Source of the DNA: Dickeya dadantii NCPPB 898
GTDB taxonomy: Bacteria; Pseudomonadota; Gammaproteobacteria; Enterobacterales; Enterobacteriaceae
Reading direction: 5' to 3'
DNA: 32,000 bases
Assembly (NCBI RefSeq): GCF_000406145.1
Contig: NZ_CM001976.1
Coordinates: forward strand, 1,765,117 to 1,797,116
Below are positions 1 to 11,700 of the stretch, piece by piece. The notes beneath the pieces are model-generated. The model was not told the origin of the DNA and searched no databases. It saw nothing but the letters and a program-made list of their open reading frames with translations. Positions within the stretch are counted from its first letter, which is position 1; each line of letters begins with the position of its first letter. Position numbers and translations under genes: made by a program.

Positions 1-1254
1 CAGCGTATTTATCGTATGGAAGGCCAGATGCCAAGGGAAGCCGTATTCAACATGCCGTATCGCTTATTAGTGGAAGGCGCGTTGGATGCGCAGAAGGTTG
101 AAGCAGCCTTCCGGGCTGTCTGCAGGCGTCACTGGATGATGACGGCGAACATCGTGTCAGATAATAATGGTGAGTTAAGCTTGTTTCCCAATTCTGCGGC
201 TGATATTGCTTTCTCTTACTCGGATAGCACTGAAGAAGATATTGAGTATCGGTGGCATCAGTTTGTCCGTCCCTTTGCCATTGCTGATGAGCCCCTCTTC
301 AGGATGCAGTTACTGACGGTGAACCCACAGCGGCATTATTTTTTCTTCGATAACCACACTATAGCTGCGGATTTTACGTCAAAAGCGCTAATTTTACGCG
401 AGTTTGTCAGTTTATATCTCGGGCATTCCTTGCCGCAGCCTGGGATGGATTATCCAACCTATGTGCAACAACGTTTGGCGCGGGCAAACAGTGCGATAGC
501 ACTGGCGCAAAGGAACGCATGGCAACGCATGTTTAGCCGGGGGGCATTGCGTTTACAGAGTACTGATGCGCAAACACTGACCGAGGTCAGTGCAGAAAAA
601 GCGAAGCATCTCACGCTCAGGCTGGATGAGACGCGACTGGGACAAATCAGTGCGCTGTCTAAAATCAGCGGCGTTAGCGAACACAATATTTGCCAGGCAG
701 CTTTTTCCCTTGCCTTGGCCAGTCAGTTCAACCAACGTGAGTTCTTTTTGCTTTCACTGGTGACCGATCGTGACCAGCCGGAATATGACAACATTGTCGG
801 GCTGGTATTTGATTCGCTCCCTGTGTGGCAACAGATCGATGTAGCCCAGTCAGTAACGCAACTTTTAGTTCAAACACAATATCATTCACGCCAATCCTAT
901 GAGAAACGAGAATATCCGGCCATTCTGCTTTATGAAGAACGATCAGAGCAGGATGGTAATTGGAGTAATGGTTATTTTGATACGACGATGGTCTGGGTTG
1001 AACATGATGCATTTAATTTTTCTCAGGCAGGTTTTAATGTCAAAGATATACCGAATGATAACATCATGGGGCGTTTCGATCTTCGTTTGGAGGCTTATCG
1101 AGAGCAATCCAGCCTGACGCTCATTCTTGAGTATCGGGAGAGAATTTTTTATCCAGAGACTGCTGAGAAAATATTTTCTTCTATTGATTCAGCGCTCATT
1201 TTTATGGTGAATAACCCTGACGCAAAAATTGCAGCCTGGGGGCGGTATGTATAA
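1..1254 (+). CDS. 3' end of an upstream NRPS gene (5'-truncated by the window): terminal condensation-like domain with a variant active site
   Basis: The frame is open from nt 1 (QRIYRMEG...), so the Met at 16 in the ORF track is internal. The layout is that of a condensation domain (QRxY C1-like start, RHWMM C2-like region). The HHxxxDG core is replaced by N-H-T-I-A-A-D-F at nt 352-375, so the second His and the Asp are kept. Stop TAA at 1252-1254. Confidence 0.8.
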   Translation, partial: QRIYRMEGQMPREAVFNMPYRLLVEGALDAQKVEAAFRAVCRRHWMMTANIVSDNNGELSLFPNSAADIAFSYSDSTEEDIEYRWHQFVRPFAIADEPLFRMQLLTVNPQRHYFFFDNHTIAADFTSKALILREFVSLYLGHSLPQPGMDYPTYVQQRLARANSAIALAQRNAWQRMFSRGALRLQSTDAQTLTEVSAEKAKHLTLRLDETRLGQISALSKISGVSEHNICQAAFSLALASQFNQREFFLLSLVTDRDQPEYDNIVGLVFDSLPVWQQIDVAQSVTQLLVQTQYHSRQSYEKREYPAILLYEERSEQDGNWSNGYFDTTMVWVEHDAFNFSQAGFNVKDIPNDNIMGRFDLRLEAYREQSSLTLILEYRERIFYPETAEKIFSSIDSALIFMVNNPDAKIAAWGRYV

Positions 1255-1969
1255 GATGAAAATATTTTGTCTACCATATGCTGGTGGATCAGCCAGTATA
1301 TATCGCAAATGGCAGTCTACTATTCATCCATTAATTGAGTGGGTTCCTCTTGAACTAGCCGGACGCGGTAGTCGCTTAAATGAAGCTCCTTATGAAATAT
1401 TTCAGGATTGTATAAATGAGGTATACGATAAGATTATCCAGCATGGCTTGAATATGCCATATGCGTTACTGGGACACAGTATGGGAGCAAGTATCGCTTT
1501 TGAAGTAGCACAAAAGCTTGTCCGCCACGCTCAGCGTCTGCCGATGCATTTATTTATTTCTGGACGCCGTGCCCCCCAATCTGTGCGTCCGGTAAAAAAG
1601 ATGCACTTACTTTCTGAGGATGAGTTTATTGCTGAATTACGTTTGCTGGGGGGAACTGCCGACGAACTCTTTGCCGACTGTGATTTATTAGCATTGTTTT
1701 TGCCAATCATTCGTGCAGACTATCGGATGCTCGCAACCTATTTATTTCAGGCACCACCTCGGCCTATTGATGTGGCATTTACCATTTTAAATGGCAAATC
1801 GGATGACTTGTTTCCAGAAGAGATAACAGGCTGGCAGGCTTTAAGTATGAGAAAATGCGAGTATCGTTTTTTTGACGGTGGGCACTTTTTTATTGATCAA
1901 CATTATAAAGAAATAAGCCACTATCTGAATTCAGTCATGCTGTCCACAGGGAGTGCTGGGGAAAAATGA
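1247..1969 (+). CDS. Type II (editing) thioesterase of NRPS/PKS clusters
   Basis: N-terminus MKIFCLPYAGGSASIY, GHSMG nucleophile elbow at nt 1472-1486, and a C-terminal DGGHFF His motif. The start is ambiguous: TTG 1229, ATG 1247 (preceded by a GGGGG SD-like run) or ATG 1256. The stop overlaps the next start (ATGA at 1966-1969). Confidence 0.85.
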   Translation: MYKMKIFCLPYAGGSASIYRKWQSTIHPLIEWVPLELAGRGSRLNEAPYEIFQDCINEVYDKIIQHGLNMPYALLGHSMGASIAFEVAQKLVRHAQRLPMHLFISGRRAPQSVRPVKKMHLLSEDEFIAELRLLGGTADELFADCDLLALFLPIIRADYRMLATYLFQAPPRPIDVAFTILNGKSDDLFPEEITGWQALSMRKCEYRFFDGGHFFIDQHYKEISHYLNSVMLSTGSAGEK

Positions 1970-4900
1970 ATTTGCTTCAGGATTTGTTTCGCAAGGTTTT
2001 TTATCAGGAAGTTAGTCCCATTATTAATATTAGTGGTGATCGTCTGTTGCAGATCGATGATGTGGCACCACTACCTGTGGATGATGAGAAAGGTGATGGC
2101 GAACAGGTTGATTTAATTACGACGAGAGGACTCATTCTCTCGCTAATCCGAAAAAATAAAAAACCCATATTATTGGGCTTGTTTTTTTCTCTGTTCCGGG
2201 TTCTTCTGACGTTGAGTATCCCGGTAATGATTAAGTTGATTCTTATTGTTATTATAAGTGGACCACAATCTAGTCTATCTAGTGGGGTCATTTATTCCTT
2301 TCTGTTTGCTGTCGCAACCATTATAAGCGGTATAATAACAAATTTTTGTTTTTATTGGGATTTTGTTGCCTTTCAGGCTCATCAGCGCCTACTCAATATT
2401 TTAATTTATCGACAAATACTGGCATTAAATGTAGCTGCCCGCTCGACATATAATTCCGGTGATATGATTAATACTGTCGGTAACGATGTACAGGCAGTGG
2501 CTCGGCTGGGCTATCTGGTCAACGATAGTTTTTATGCACTGAGCCTGTTTATTGGGGTTGTCGCAGTATTGCTGAGTTATTTGGGATGGGCTACCTTTGC
2601 TGCCTTGGCTGTTTTAATAATTTTTCAGCCTGTTGCATGGAAAATTACGCAGCACTTCGTTAAATATGACAATACGCGTACTCATCTTAGAGAAGCCCGC
2701 CTGAGCCTGATTTCACAGTTGTTGTCCGGTATTCGGACGGTAAAGCTTTATAGTTTGTTCGGTCTGCTGAACAATAAAATTGGTCAATTGCGGCAACAGG
2801 AAAGACAGCAACAAATCCATTGGGGTTACAAATCGGCATTATCGATAGTTGTATTTGGCAGTACAACTACACTGGTATGTCTGGCGGCATTCGGTACACG
2901 TGTGTTATTGGGGCAATCGATTGACCCTACCGTGCTGTTTCCCTCCCTTGGTTTACTGATGTTACTTGAAGTGCCCTTTGCACAATTGCCGGAAATTCTA
3001 AGCACTTTTTCTGGCGTTAAGGCTGCCGGAACACGCGTTCGGCGCTTTCTACAGCAAGAAAAAACCGCAGACACAAAACCGCTTGCGGCATCAGATGTAG
3101 TACCAGGGGTGGTGCTGCAACAGGTGTCTTTTTCTAATGCCGTACAGGAAAAACCGCTACTAAACAAGATAGAACTGATTATTCGTCCAGGAGAAGCGGT
3201 GGCCATTGTTGGCCCGGTCGGGGCAGGTAAGAGTATTCTTCTACGTACCCTCTTGGAAGAGGATGAACGAGTGTCCGGTGTGATCCAATGGCAGGGTATC
3301 GATCCACAGTCTGCGCCACGGATGTCTTATGTGCCCCAAGAAGCTTTCATCTTTCATGCGACGTTGAAAGAGAACGTACTTATGGGCCAACAAGGAGAGC
3401 AGGCGGAGGCACTGTTACAGCAGGCGATTAAAGTCACTGCTCTGGACGCTGATATTCGCCAACTGCCAGGCGGGATGACGATGGAAGTTGGTGAGCGGGG
3501 AACTGGTCTTTCCGGTGGACAAAAGCAGCGTATCAGTCTGGCACGTTCAGTGGTAGCCAGACCGGGTATTGTTTTGTTAGACGACCCTTTTTCTGCCCTG
3601 GATGCCAGAACAGAAGAATATATTGTTGAGCATCTATTGTTCTCACAATGGCAATCGATTACCCGGGTTGTTGTCACACATCGGCTGAATTTTTTGCACC
3701 GTTTTGACAACATCGTCTTTATGAAGGAAGGCGAGATCGTGGCACAGGGAACGCTGGAGGAATTATTAAAACGTGACGATTTCAGTACATTCTGTGCCAA
3801 TGATTCACATCACTCTGTCGTCTCTGCTGGAGACGAATCCTCCTCTGTAGCGGAAGAGCTGACGTTAACTAATGTCGGTTCGAGCGAGCCACTACGTATT
3901 ACTGAGGATGAAGGCCGGCGTTTTGGCGGCGTTGGCAGACAAATTTATGGTGATTTTTTGCGGGCGATGGCGGGGGGCCGAAACCATCCACAGCGACGCG
4001 CTATATTTGCTTGCTTGCTGATTGCTGTGATTCTGGCTGTTTTGCTCCCTCTTAGTCAAAATCTCTGGTTTGTCGTGCTGTCTGACCCTCAGATTTTCAC
4101 CAGTGGCTCGTGGTTACGTCAGATTGCAGACAATCCGCTATTGAGCGTAGCGATTTATGCTGGGCTTGGTATTTTTGCGTTAAGCGTTATTTATCTGCAA
4201 CGTGCACTCTGGTTTCGCCAGACAGCCGTAGCCTCGGGGATATTGCATCAGGAAGGGCTTGAGGGATTATCTCGTGCACCTATTCGTTTTTTTGATGCCA
4301 CCATGTCAGGCGTTTTGATGAATCGTTTTTCACGAGATATTTTTGTCATTGAAAATGATTTAAGCTGGATGTTTGAAAACATGGTTCGTTTTACCTTTCA
4401 ATGTCTGGTCAATATCGTTTTGATAATCCTGGTTAGTCCCTGGATTATTCTGGGTATTATTCCTATCCTGTGGCTTTATTCTCGCTTGTTGAGTAAGTTT
4501 AATAACGCTTCTCGAGAGATAAAACGGCTGGTACAAATTACCCAGTCGCCTCTTTTTAGCCATTTGAGTGAAACATTCGATGGTTTATTGACTATTCGTA
4601 CATTAAACCAAAAACGTTATTTTATCCGTCAATTTGATGTTCGGCATGATGCATTTCAGCGCGCTTCTCGTGCACACGAATTGACCGATCGCTGGTTTAG
4701 TGTACGTGTGCCAATTTTAAGTGGTGTCATTTCGTTGATTTCTGCGATATCAATTTTTGGGGCTGCACGCTATGGCTGGATCTCCGCTGGTTTGGCAGGT
4801 GTGGTTCTCACCTATCTGATTAGCTTCTGGACGTTACTTAATTGGAGTGCAAGAACCTTTGTAATGGTGGAGGGCAACCTCACGTCGGTTGAGCGTTTGG

Positions 4901-5715
4901 TTCAACTGACTCACTTGCAGAATGAAGAAACGTTATTCGGCAAGCAGCACAGCAACCAACCAAAGAATGATTGTCAACGTTTTCCACTCGTCAATGGCAA
5001 CGGTGCACCGTGGAAACATAAAGTGCATGGTGCGGCAATTGAGTTTGTTTCGACTTCAGTACGTTATGCAGAACACTTACCCGATGTGCTTAGAAATATC
5101 AGTCTGAGGATTAAGCCAGGAGAAAGGGTTGGTATTATAGGCCGAACCGGTTCGGGTAAGAGTACGATTCTTCAGGCACTTGTTGGCATGGCGGAGATTT
5201 CAAGCGGCGATATTTTACTTGATGGGATATCAATTCGAACATTCCCTTTATCTGTGTTGCGAGAACTAATCGCGGTTGTTCCTCAGGAACCTTTCCTGAT
5301 GAACGATACGATCCGCGTAAATCTTGACTCCGAAGGTTTATATTCCGATCAGCGACTGATTGACGCTATTGCACAGGTTGGTATGCCAGATTTTATTACA
5401 AGCTTACCTGATGGTCTCGATACGGTATTTTCTGATAGTGACAATAGTTTTAGTCAGGGCCAGCGACAGTTACTGTGTTTTTCCCGGGCGTTATTGAAAA
5501 AGCCTAAAGTTATTATCATGGATGAAGCGACGTCCAATGTTGATGTGCAGACAGAGGCGAAAATTAATCGCCAGTTAAAAACAGTACTTGATGGTATTAC
5601 CGTACTGATTATCGCCCACAGAGCGTCAACTATCAGGGATTGCGAGCAAATCATCCTTCTTTCTGAAGGTCAGTTTGTAAATACGACTATGGACGATGGT
5701 AATTACTATGAGTAA
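1966..5715 (+). CDS. Full-length (TMD-NBD-TMD-NBD) ABC exporter, ABCC/MRP-like, with a degenerate NBD1 catalytic site
   Basis: Two hydrophobic six-helix blocks alternate with two NBDs. NBD1: Walker A GPVGAGKS (3211-3234), LSGGQKQR, Walker B LLDD (DD at 3580-3585, no catalytic Glu). NBD2: Walker A GRTGSGKS (5140-5163), FSQGQRQL, Walker B IIMDE (DE at 5521-5526). The NBD1-TMD2 linker ITEDEGRRFGGVGRQIYGDF resembles the ABCC linker. Confidence 0.9.
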   Translation: MNLLQDLFRKVFYQEVSPIINISGDRLLQIDDVAPLPVDDEKGDGEQVDLITTRGLILSLIRKNKKPILLGLFFSLFRVLLTLSIPVMIKLILIVIISGPQSSLSSGVIYSFLFAVATIISGIITNFCFYWDFVAFQAHQRLLNILIYRQILALNVAARSTYNSGDMINTVGNDVQAVARLGYLVNDSFYALSLFIGVVAVLLSYLGWATFAALAVLIIFQPVAWKITQHFVKYDNTRTHLREARLSLISQLLSGIRTVKLYSLFGLLNNKIGQLRQQERQQQIHWGYKSALSIVVFGSTTTLVCLAAFGTRVLLGQSIDPTVLFPSLGLLMLLEVPFAQLPEILSTFSGVKAAGTRVRRFLQQEKTADTKPLAASDVVPGVVLQQVSFSNAVQEKPLLNKIELIIRPGEAVAIVGPVGAGKSILLRTLLEEDERVSGVIQWQGIDPQSAPRMSYVPQEAFIFHATLKENVLMGQQGEQAEALLQQAIKVTALDADIRQLPGGMTMEVGERGTGLSGGQKQRISLARSVVARPGIVLLDDPFSALDARTEEYIVEHLLFSQWQSITRVVVTHRLNFLHRFDNIVFMKEGEIVAQGTLEELLKRDDFSTFCANDSHHSVVSAGDESSSVAEELTLTNVGSSEPLRITEDEGRRFGGVGRQIYGDFLRAMAGGRNHPQRRAIFACLLIAVILAVLLPLSQNLWFVVLSDPQIFTSGSWLRQIADNPLLSVAIYAGLGIFALSVIYLQRALWFRQTAVASGILHQEGLEGLSRAPIRFFDATMSGVLMNRFSRDIFVIENDLSWMFENMVRFTFQCLVNIVLIILVSPWIILGIIPILWLYSRLLSKFNNASREIKRLVQITQSPLFSHLSETFDGLLTIRTLNQKRYFIRQFDVRHDAFQRASRAHELTDRWFSVRVPILSGVISLISAISIFGAARYGWISAGLAGVVLTYLISFWTLLNWSARTFVMVEGNLTSVERLVQLTHLQNEETLFGKQHSNQPKNDCQRFPLVNGNGAPWKHKVHGAAIEFVSTSVRYAEHLPDVLRNISLRIKPGERVGIIGRTGSGKSTILQALVGMAEISSGDILLDGISIRTFPLSVLRELIAVVPQEPFLMNDTIRVNLDSEGLYSDQRLIDAIAQVGMPDFITSLPDGLDTVFSDSDNSFSQGQRQLLCFSRALLKKPKVIIMDEATSNVDVQTEAKINRQLKTVLDGITVLIIAHRASTIRDCEQIILLSEGQFVNTTMDDGNYYE

Positions 5716-8700
5716 TAAGAGTATGGAACCAGCCTCACTTTCTTATGGACAAAGAGCACTCTGGTTTCAGCATTATGCGAATAATAAAACACCTTTTAAT
5801 CATCTTAGTTTTGCTGCGAAGATTCTATCGGGTAAAGATCCTGCGCGACTATATAAGGCGTTAAACTATTTATTTCATCAATATGATTCTCTGCGTATGA
5901 AATACGTTGAGCATGACGGTGATATTTTCCAGCAGGTCGTGCACGACATTGACTTACCTCTTGTGGAAATTGATGCGACTGCATTGGATAACTCGGAACT
6001 GCTGGCCAATATTGCCGATGCAGCTGACGAACCGTACGATCTTTCATCCGGTATTTTGATGAAAGCGAAACTATACCATTGTCTGAATGGTGAACTGGTA
6101 CTCTTCTTAGGTTTTCATCATATCGCTGTTGACCTATGGTCGATGAGCCACTTTATTAAAGAGTTAGGAAAAGCGTTTGCCTGTCAACATCCTGAAGAGC
6201 CTCTGTGGCAGGAACGCTTGAATAACTACATTGAGTTTATCAATTATCAGTCTTCCGTGATGCAGGGGAGCAAGGGAGAAGCGCTGCTAAATTATTGGCG
6301 TACAGAACTAGGGCAGGATATTCCTGTTCTGCAATTACCCGAGGATAAGCTGCGCCCCGTTAATAAGAGTTATCATGCGGCATCAATCCGCTTCGAACTA
6401 CCGGAAAAGCTGGAAGAAGAATTACGTACCTTCGCAAAAAAACAAGGTGTATCGCTTTATCCGGTATTGTTGGCGATATATAACGTGTTGTTGCATAAAT
6501 ATTCAGCGCAAACAGATATCGTCGTTGGATCACCTTGTGCAGGGCGCAGCCGGGCACATTTCCGGGAAACGTTTGGTTTTTTCGTCAATATTCTGGTGAA
6601 TCGCCAGCGGGTCGAACCAACCATGCCTTTCCGTGCATTAGTGGCTGAGATTAACCAGCGCACGGCGAAACATTTGCGTAAACAGGATTACCCCCATGCT
6701 GCTCTGCACCAGAAAATAGCTCTCCAGCATGACAGGAGTCGTTCGCCTTTTTATGACGTTGAATTTGTCTATGACCATCCGCGCTTTATTGAAGATATCG
6801 CACCATTTATTCAGGGTTGGAATGGGGCAAGACTTGAGCTGGGGGAGCTGGTATTTGAATCGCTGGCTTTTGAAAAACGGTGGCTGGAACGTGATCTACA
6901 GCTTTTTATTGCACAAGGGCGGGATAAACTTTACTGCACGCTGAGTTATAACCAGGATCTATTTTTCACTCAGACGGCTCAACGATTTGTCAGGCATTTT
7001 ATTAATCTGCTCAGTGCTGCAATCAGAGAACCAGACAGTACTATCGGGTCACTGGACTGTTTAAGTTCGCAAGAACGTGAGCAAATCTTGCAGCAATGGA
7101 ATCAGACGAAGCGCAGCTACCCGGATGTAGGGTGGGGGCATGACTGGTTGCAGAGACAAGCACGGGAGACTCCCTATAGAACGGCGCTTTCTTTTGCTGG
7201 TCATCAGCTTACCTATCAGCAACTTGACCAGCGTATTGACCGCTTGGCCGCAGTGCTTTCCGCCCGAGGGATTATGGCAGAGTCGATGGTGCCAGTTTTT
7301 ATGCACCGCTCTGTAGATATGGTAACGGCTATTCATGCCATCATGCGTGCTGGCGGTGCCTATGTACCCATAGATCCAGACTTGCCTGTCGAGCGTATCA
7401 AATGGATGCTTGATGAAGTCTCTGCCAATTTGGTACTGACGCAAAAAGCGTTACTCAGGCAATGGGAGGCTACAGGCATCGAAGATACCGTACTGGTAGT
7501 GGATGATGATAATTTACCTGTGGTGCCTATCAACTCCGTCACTCTGACGGCGGATAATGCGGCCTATATGATTTATACCTCGGGTTCTACGGGACGACCC
7601 AAAGGGGTAGTAAATACGCATGGTGGTATACGTAACCGTATTTTGTGGATGCAAGAGGCGTTGCAGTTAACCAGTGATGACCGCGTCTTACAGAAAACAC
7701 CTTATTCGTTCGATGTATCTGTATGGGAATTCCTGTGGCCATTTTTAGCGGGGGCACAACTGGTGATTGCCCGGCCTGGAGGGCATAAGGATGCAGAGTA
7801 CCTGATCGATCTGATCATTACGGAAGCGGTAACGACGCTTCATTTTGTCCCATCAATGTTACAGCTTTTTCTCTCTAATCCGCGTTGTGGCGAATGTACT
7901 TCTCTAAAGCGTGTAGTATGCAGTGGGGAAGTACTACCAGTGGAGCTGGTCCGTCAGTTTTATCGTCAGTTTTCTGATTGCACTTTGTACAATCTTTACG
8001 GTCCCACTGAGGCGGCGGTGGATGTTTCATGGTGGCAATGTCGCCCAACAGATGACCTTGCTATAGTGCCAATTGGTTACCCTATTGCAAATACACAACT
8101 TTATATCCTGGATGAAAATCTCAATCCCGTGCCCATTGGTGTTGCCGGAGAGTTATATATCGCTGGATGTCAGTTAGCGAGAGGATACTGGAATCAGCCC
8201 ACGCTCACTGCTGAGCGTTTTATCGCTAATCCGTTCGCCGGGCGTGCCGAACAGCGAATGTATAAGACGGGCGATATTGCTCGCTACCGTGACAATGGTG
8301 AGATTGAATACCTGGGACGTTCGGACTTCCAGGTAAAAATCCGTGGATTCAGAATTGAATTAGGCGAAATAGAAGCCAGGCTAAAAGTACATCACCAGAT
8401 AAAGGATGCAGTGGTGATGACTTATGGTGAAGGTGACGAAAAATTTTTATGTGCTTGGCTGGTGGCTGATACAGAATTATCGTTGATCGCGCTGCGTGAA
8501 TATCTGTCTAAATCGCTGCCAGAATATATGGTCCCTTCTCATTTTTCCCGGTTGAATCAACTGCCGCTATCTCCTAATGGCAAGCTCGACAGAAAGGCGT
8601 TGCCGACACCGGAACCAGATAACAGTCTGTACGCAAGGCAACAATATGTGGCGCCGACAGATGACATTGAGTCTCGACTGGTGGATATTTTCCGCCACCT

Positions 8701-11700
8701 GCTGGCGGTGGAACATGTTGGTATTGAGGATGATTTCTTTCTGCTTGGTGGTCATTCGCTAAAAGCCATGACTCTGATTGGCGAGATTAACAAAACACTG
8801 CACGTCAAACTGTCAATCAACGATATTTTCGCTAATACGCAAGTTAAAGCCCTGGCTGCGCTTATCCGCAATTGCTCACCCAGTGAGCAGATAGTCATTG
8901 TACCGGTAAGTGACAAGAGCAGTTATCCCGCCTCATTTGCACAACGGCGATTGTATATGATCGAACAGTTAAATGGGGTGGGAACGAGTTACAACATGGC
9001 GGGTGCGTTGTTAGTAGAAGGCGTACTGGATCATACGCGGCTGGAGGAGGCTTTCCTCCAGCTTATTCAGCAACATGAAAGTCTGCGGACATCTTTTGCG
9101 ATGGAGAGCGACGTCATTGTACAGCGAATACATCCAGACGTTCCTTTTTCCATCAGTACGGATGAGGTGATAGACGCGCAGGTTGATGATTTGATCACCC
9201 GTTTTGTCAGACCATTCGATTTAGGCCATGCACCGCTATTGCGTGTGGGGGTGGCGCGCGTGGGGGACGAGCGGCATATCTTACTGTTCGATATGCATCA
9301 CATTATTTCAGACGGCGTGTCGATAGCGCTGTTGATCGATGATTTTGTCCGTTTGTATGCCGGAGAGCAGACGCTGCCACGGAGCATCCACTATAAGGAT
9401 TTCTCTGCCTGGCAGCATCAGTGGCTGTCTAGTCCGGCGTCTAGTGCAGAAGAGCAGTACTGGCTAGAGACCTTTGCTGATCAGGCTCCGGTTCTGAATC
9501 TGATGACTGACTATCCACGACCGCCCGTGCTGAATTTTGACGGTAGCAGCATCGAACTTAGTGCAGATCCGGTGTTAAGTGGAAAACTTCGCACTCTGGC
9601 GCGGGAAACCGGGGCGACGCTCTATATGGTGATGTTGGCTGCGTACAACGTAATGCTGGCGAAGTACTCTGGGCAACACGACATTGTAGTCGGGTCACCC
9701 GTTGCCTGTCGCCCGCTTGCCGAGACACAAAATGTCATCGGCATGTTTGTCAATACGCTGGCGATGCGTAATACACCACACCATGACCAGACTTTCAGGA
9801 CGTTTCTGCATAGTGTTAAACAGAATGCGGTGCAGGCATTTGAGCATCAAAACTATCCATTTGAGCAGTTGGTGGAAAAACTGGATATTCCACGTGATGC
9901 CAGCCGGAATCCGTTGTTTGATACGCTGTTTGCTCTACAGAATACAGAATCTGGTCGATGGGATATTGCAGGGTTACGTTTTACTCCGTGGCCGCTGGCA
10001 TCTGTAACTGCCAAGTTTGATTTAGCTATTACCGCTTATGATGCAGATGAACAGATCAGGTTTAACTGGAGTTATCGTACTTGCTTATTTAAGCAGGCAA
10101 CCATTGAGCAGATGGCCGGGCATTTTATTAATATCCTGCAACAGGTGACAGAAAATGTGGACGTCAGGATTGAAGATGTGAATCTGCTCTCCGCTACGGA
10201 ACAACATCAGCTTCTTTGTGAGTTTAACAACACGACAACTGACTACCCGGACAATAAACTTTTCCATACTTTATTTGAGCAGCAGGCAGCGCGTTTGCCA
10301 GACTGTCCTGCGGTAGTCTTGGGTAACAAGCAACTCACCTATCGCCAATTGAATAACAAAGCGAATCGTCTGGCCGCCTTATTACGGGCGAAAGGAGTTA
10401 GAGCCAACCAGCCGGTGGGAATTATGGCAGTGCGCTCTATCGAGCTCATTGTGGGTATTCTTGGAATATTTAAGTCCGGTGGTGTTTATTTACCACTTGA
10501 CCCTCAATTACCCACAGAGCGTATTGCCTACATGTTAGAGGACAGCCATAGTGAGTTTCTCCTTATGGTCGGACCAGGCAATAATGCTATTCCCTTTCAT
10601 GGTAACGTGATTGATCTTACCGCATTTCCCGAAGAGGAAATATACTGCCATGAACTAGAAAATAGCGTACAACCAACTGATTTAGCTTATATTATATACA
10701 CTTCTGGTTCGACAGGAAAACCCAAAGGAGTAATGATAGAACACCGATCATTCGTGAACTTTCTTTATGCAATGTATGACGGTTACGCGGGTGATATTGG
10801 TCCTGGAGACAGAGGATTAACCCTATCCTCTATCAGCTTTGATGTGACAATTTTTGAACTTTTCCTTCCATTAGCGTTTGGTGCCTGTCTGGTGCTGTAT
10901 GAAAATACGGATTTTGTGGAGCCAAGAGAGCTTGCTCAGACCCTTATTGAGCAGGCTATCACACTGACTTACATACCTCCTTCATTGTTGAATGAGGTAA
11001 ATGATGAGCTTCACCAAAGCAAGGTACCGCTGGTGCTCAATAAACTGATGGTTGCTGTTGAGCCCTTCAAAGCACAGGCACTGGATAATTATCTGTCCCT
11101 CAATCCTGCGATGACCATCCTCAATGGTTATGGACCGACTGAGTCAACCGTGCTGGCCACTGTATTTCCTTATCAGCGCGGGACGGTAGACGGGAAATAT
11201 GTCCCGATTGGGAAACCTTTGCCCAATATACGCATTATGATCTTGAATGGCGATCGCCTGGTTCCTGTAGGTGTCGTGGGGGAACTCTGTATTGTCGGAG
11301 AGGGATTATCCCGGGGATACCTGAATCTTCCTGATGTGACAGCAGAAAAATTCATCGCCAGCCCCTATACCAGTGAGCGTATGTACCGGACAGGCGATCT
11401 GGCACGCTGGCTGCCAGACGGCAATATTGAATTTATTGGCCGGGCGGATTTCCAAGTGAAAATGCGAGGTTACCGTATTGAGCTGGGTGAAATAGAATCT
11501 AATCTGCAACTTCTTGCCGGCATTAAAAAAGTCGTGGTGCTTGCTTGGAAGGATGACTTTCGCGGCATGTATTTGGCTGCTTATCTCAGCTACAAGGATG
11601 GCCAGCAGCCCTATAGTGTGGAGACATTGCGTGAACACCTGGCGCAGAGTTTGCCATCCTATATGATCCCTCTGCACTTTATGGTCATGGTGCAAATTCC

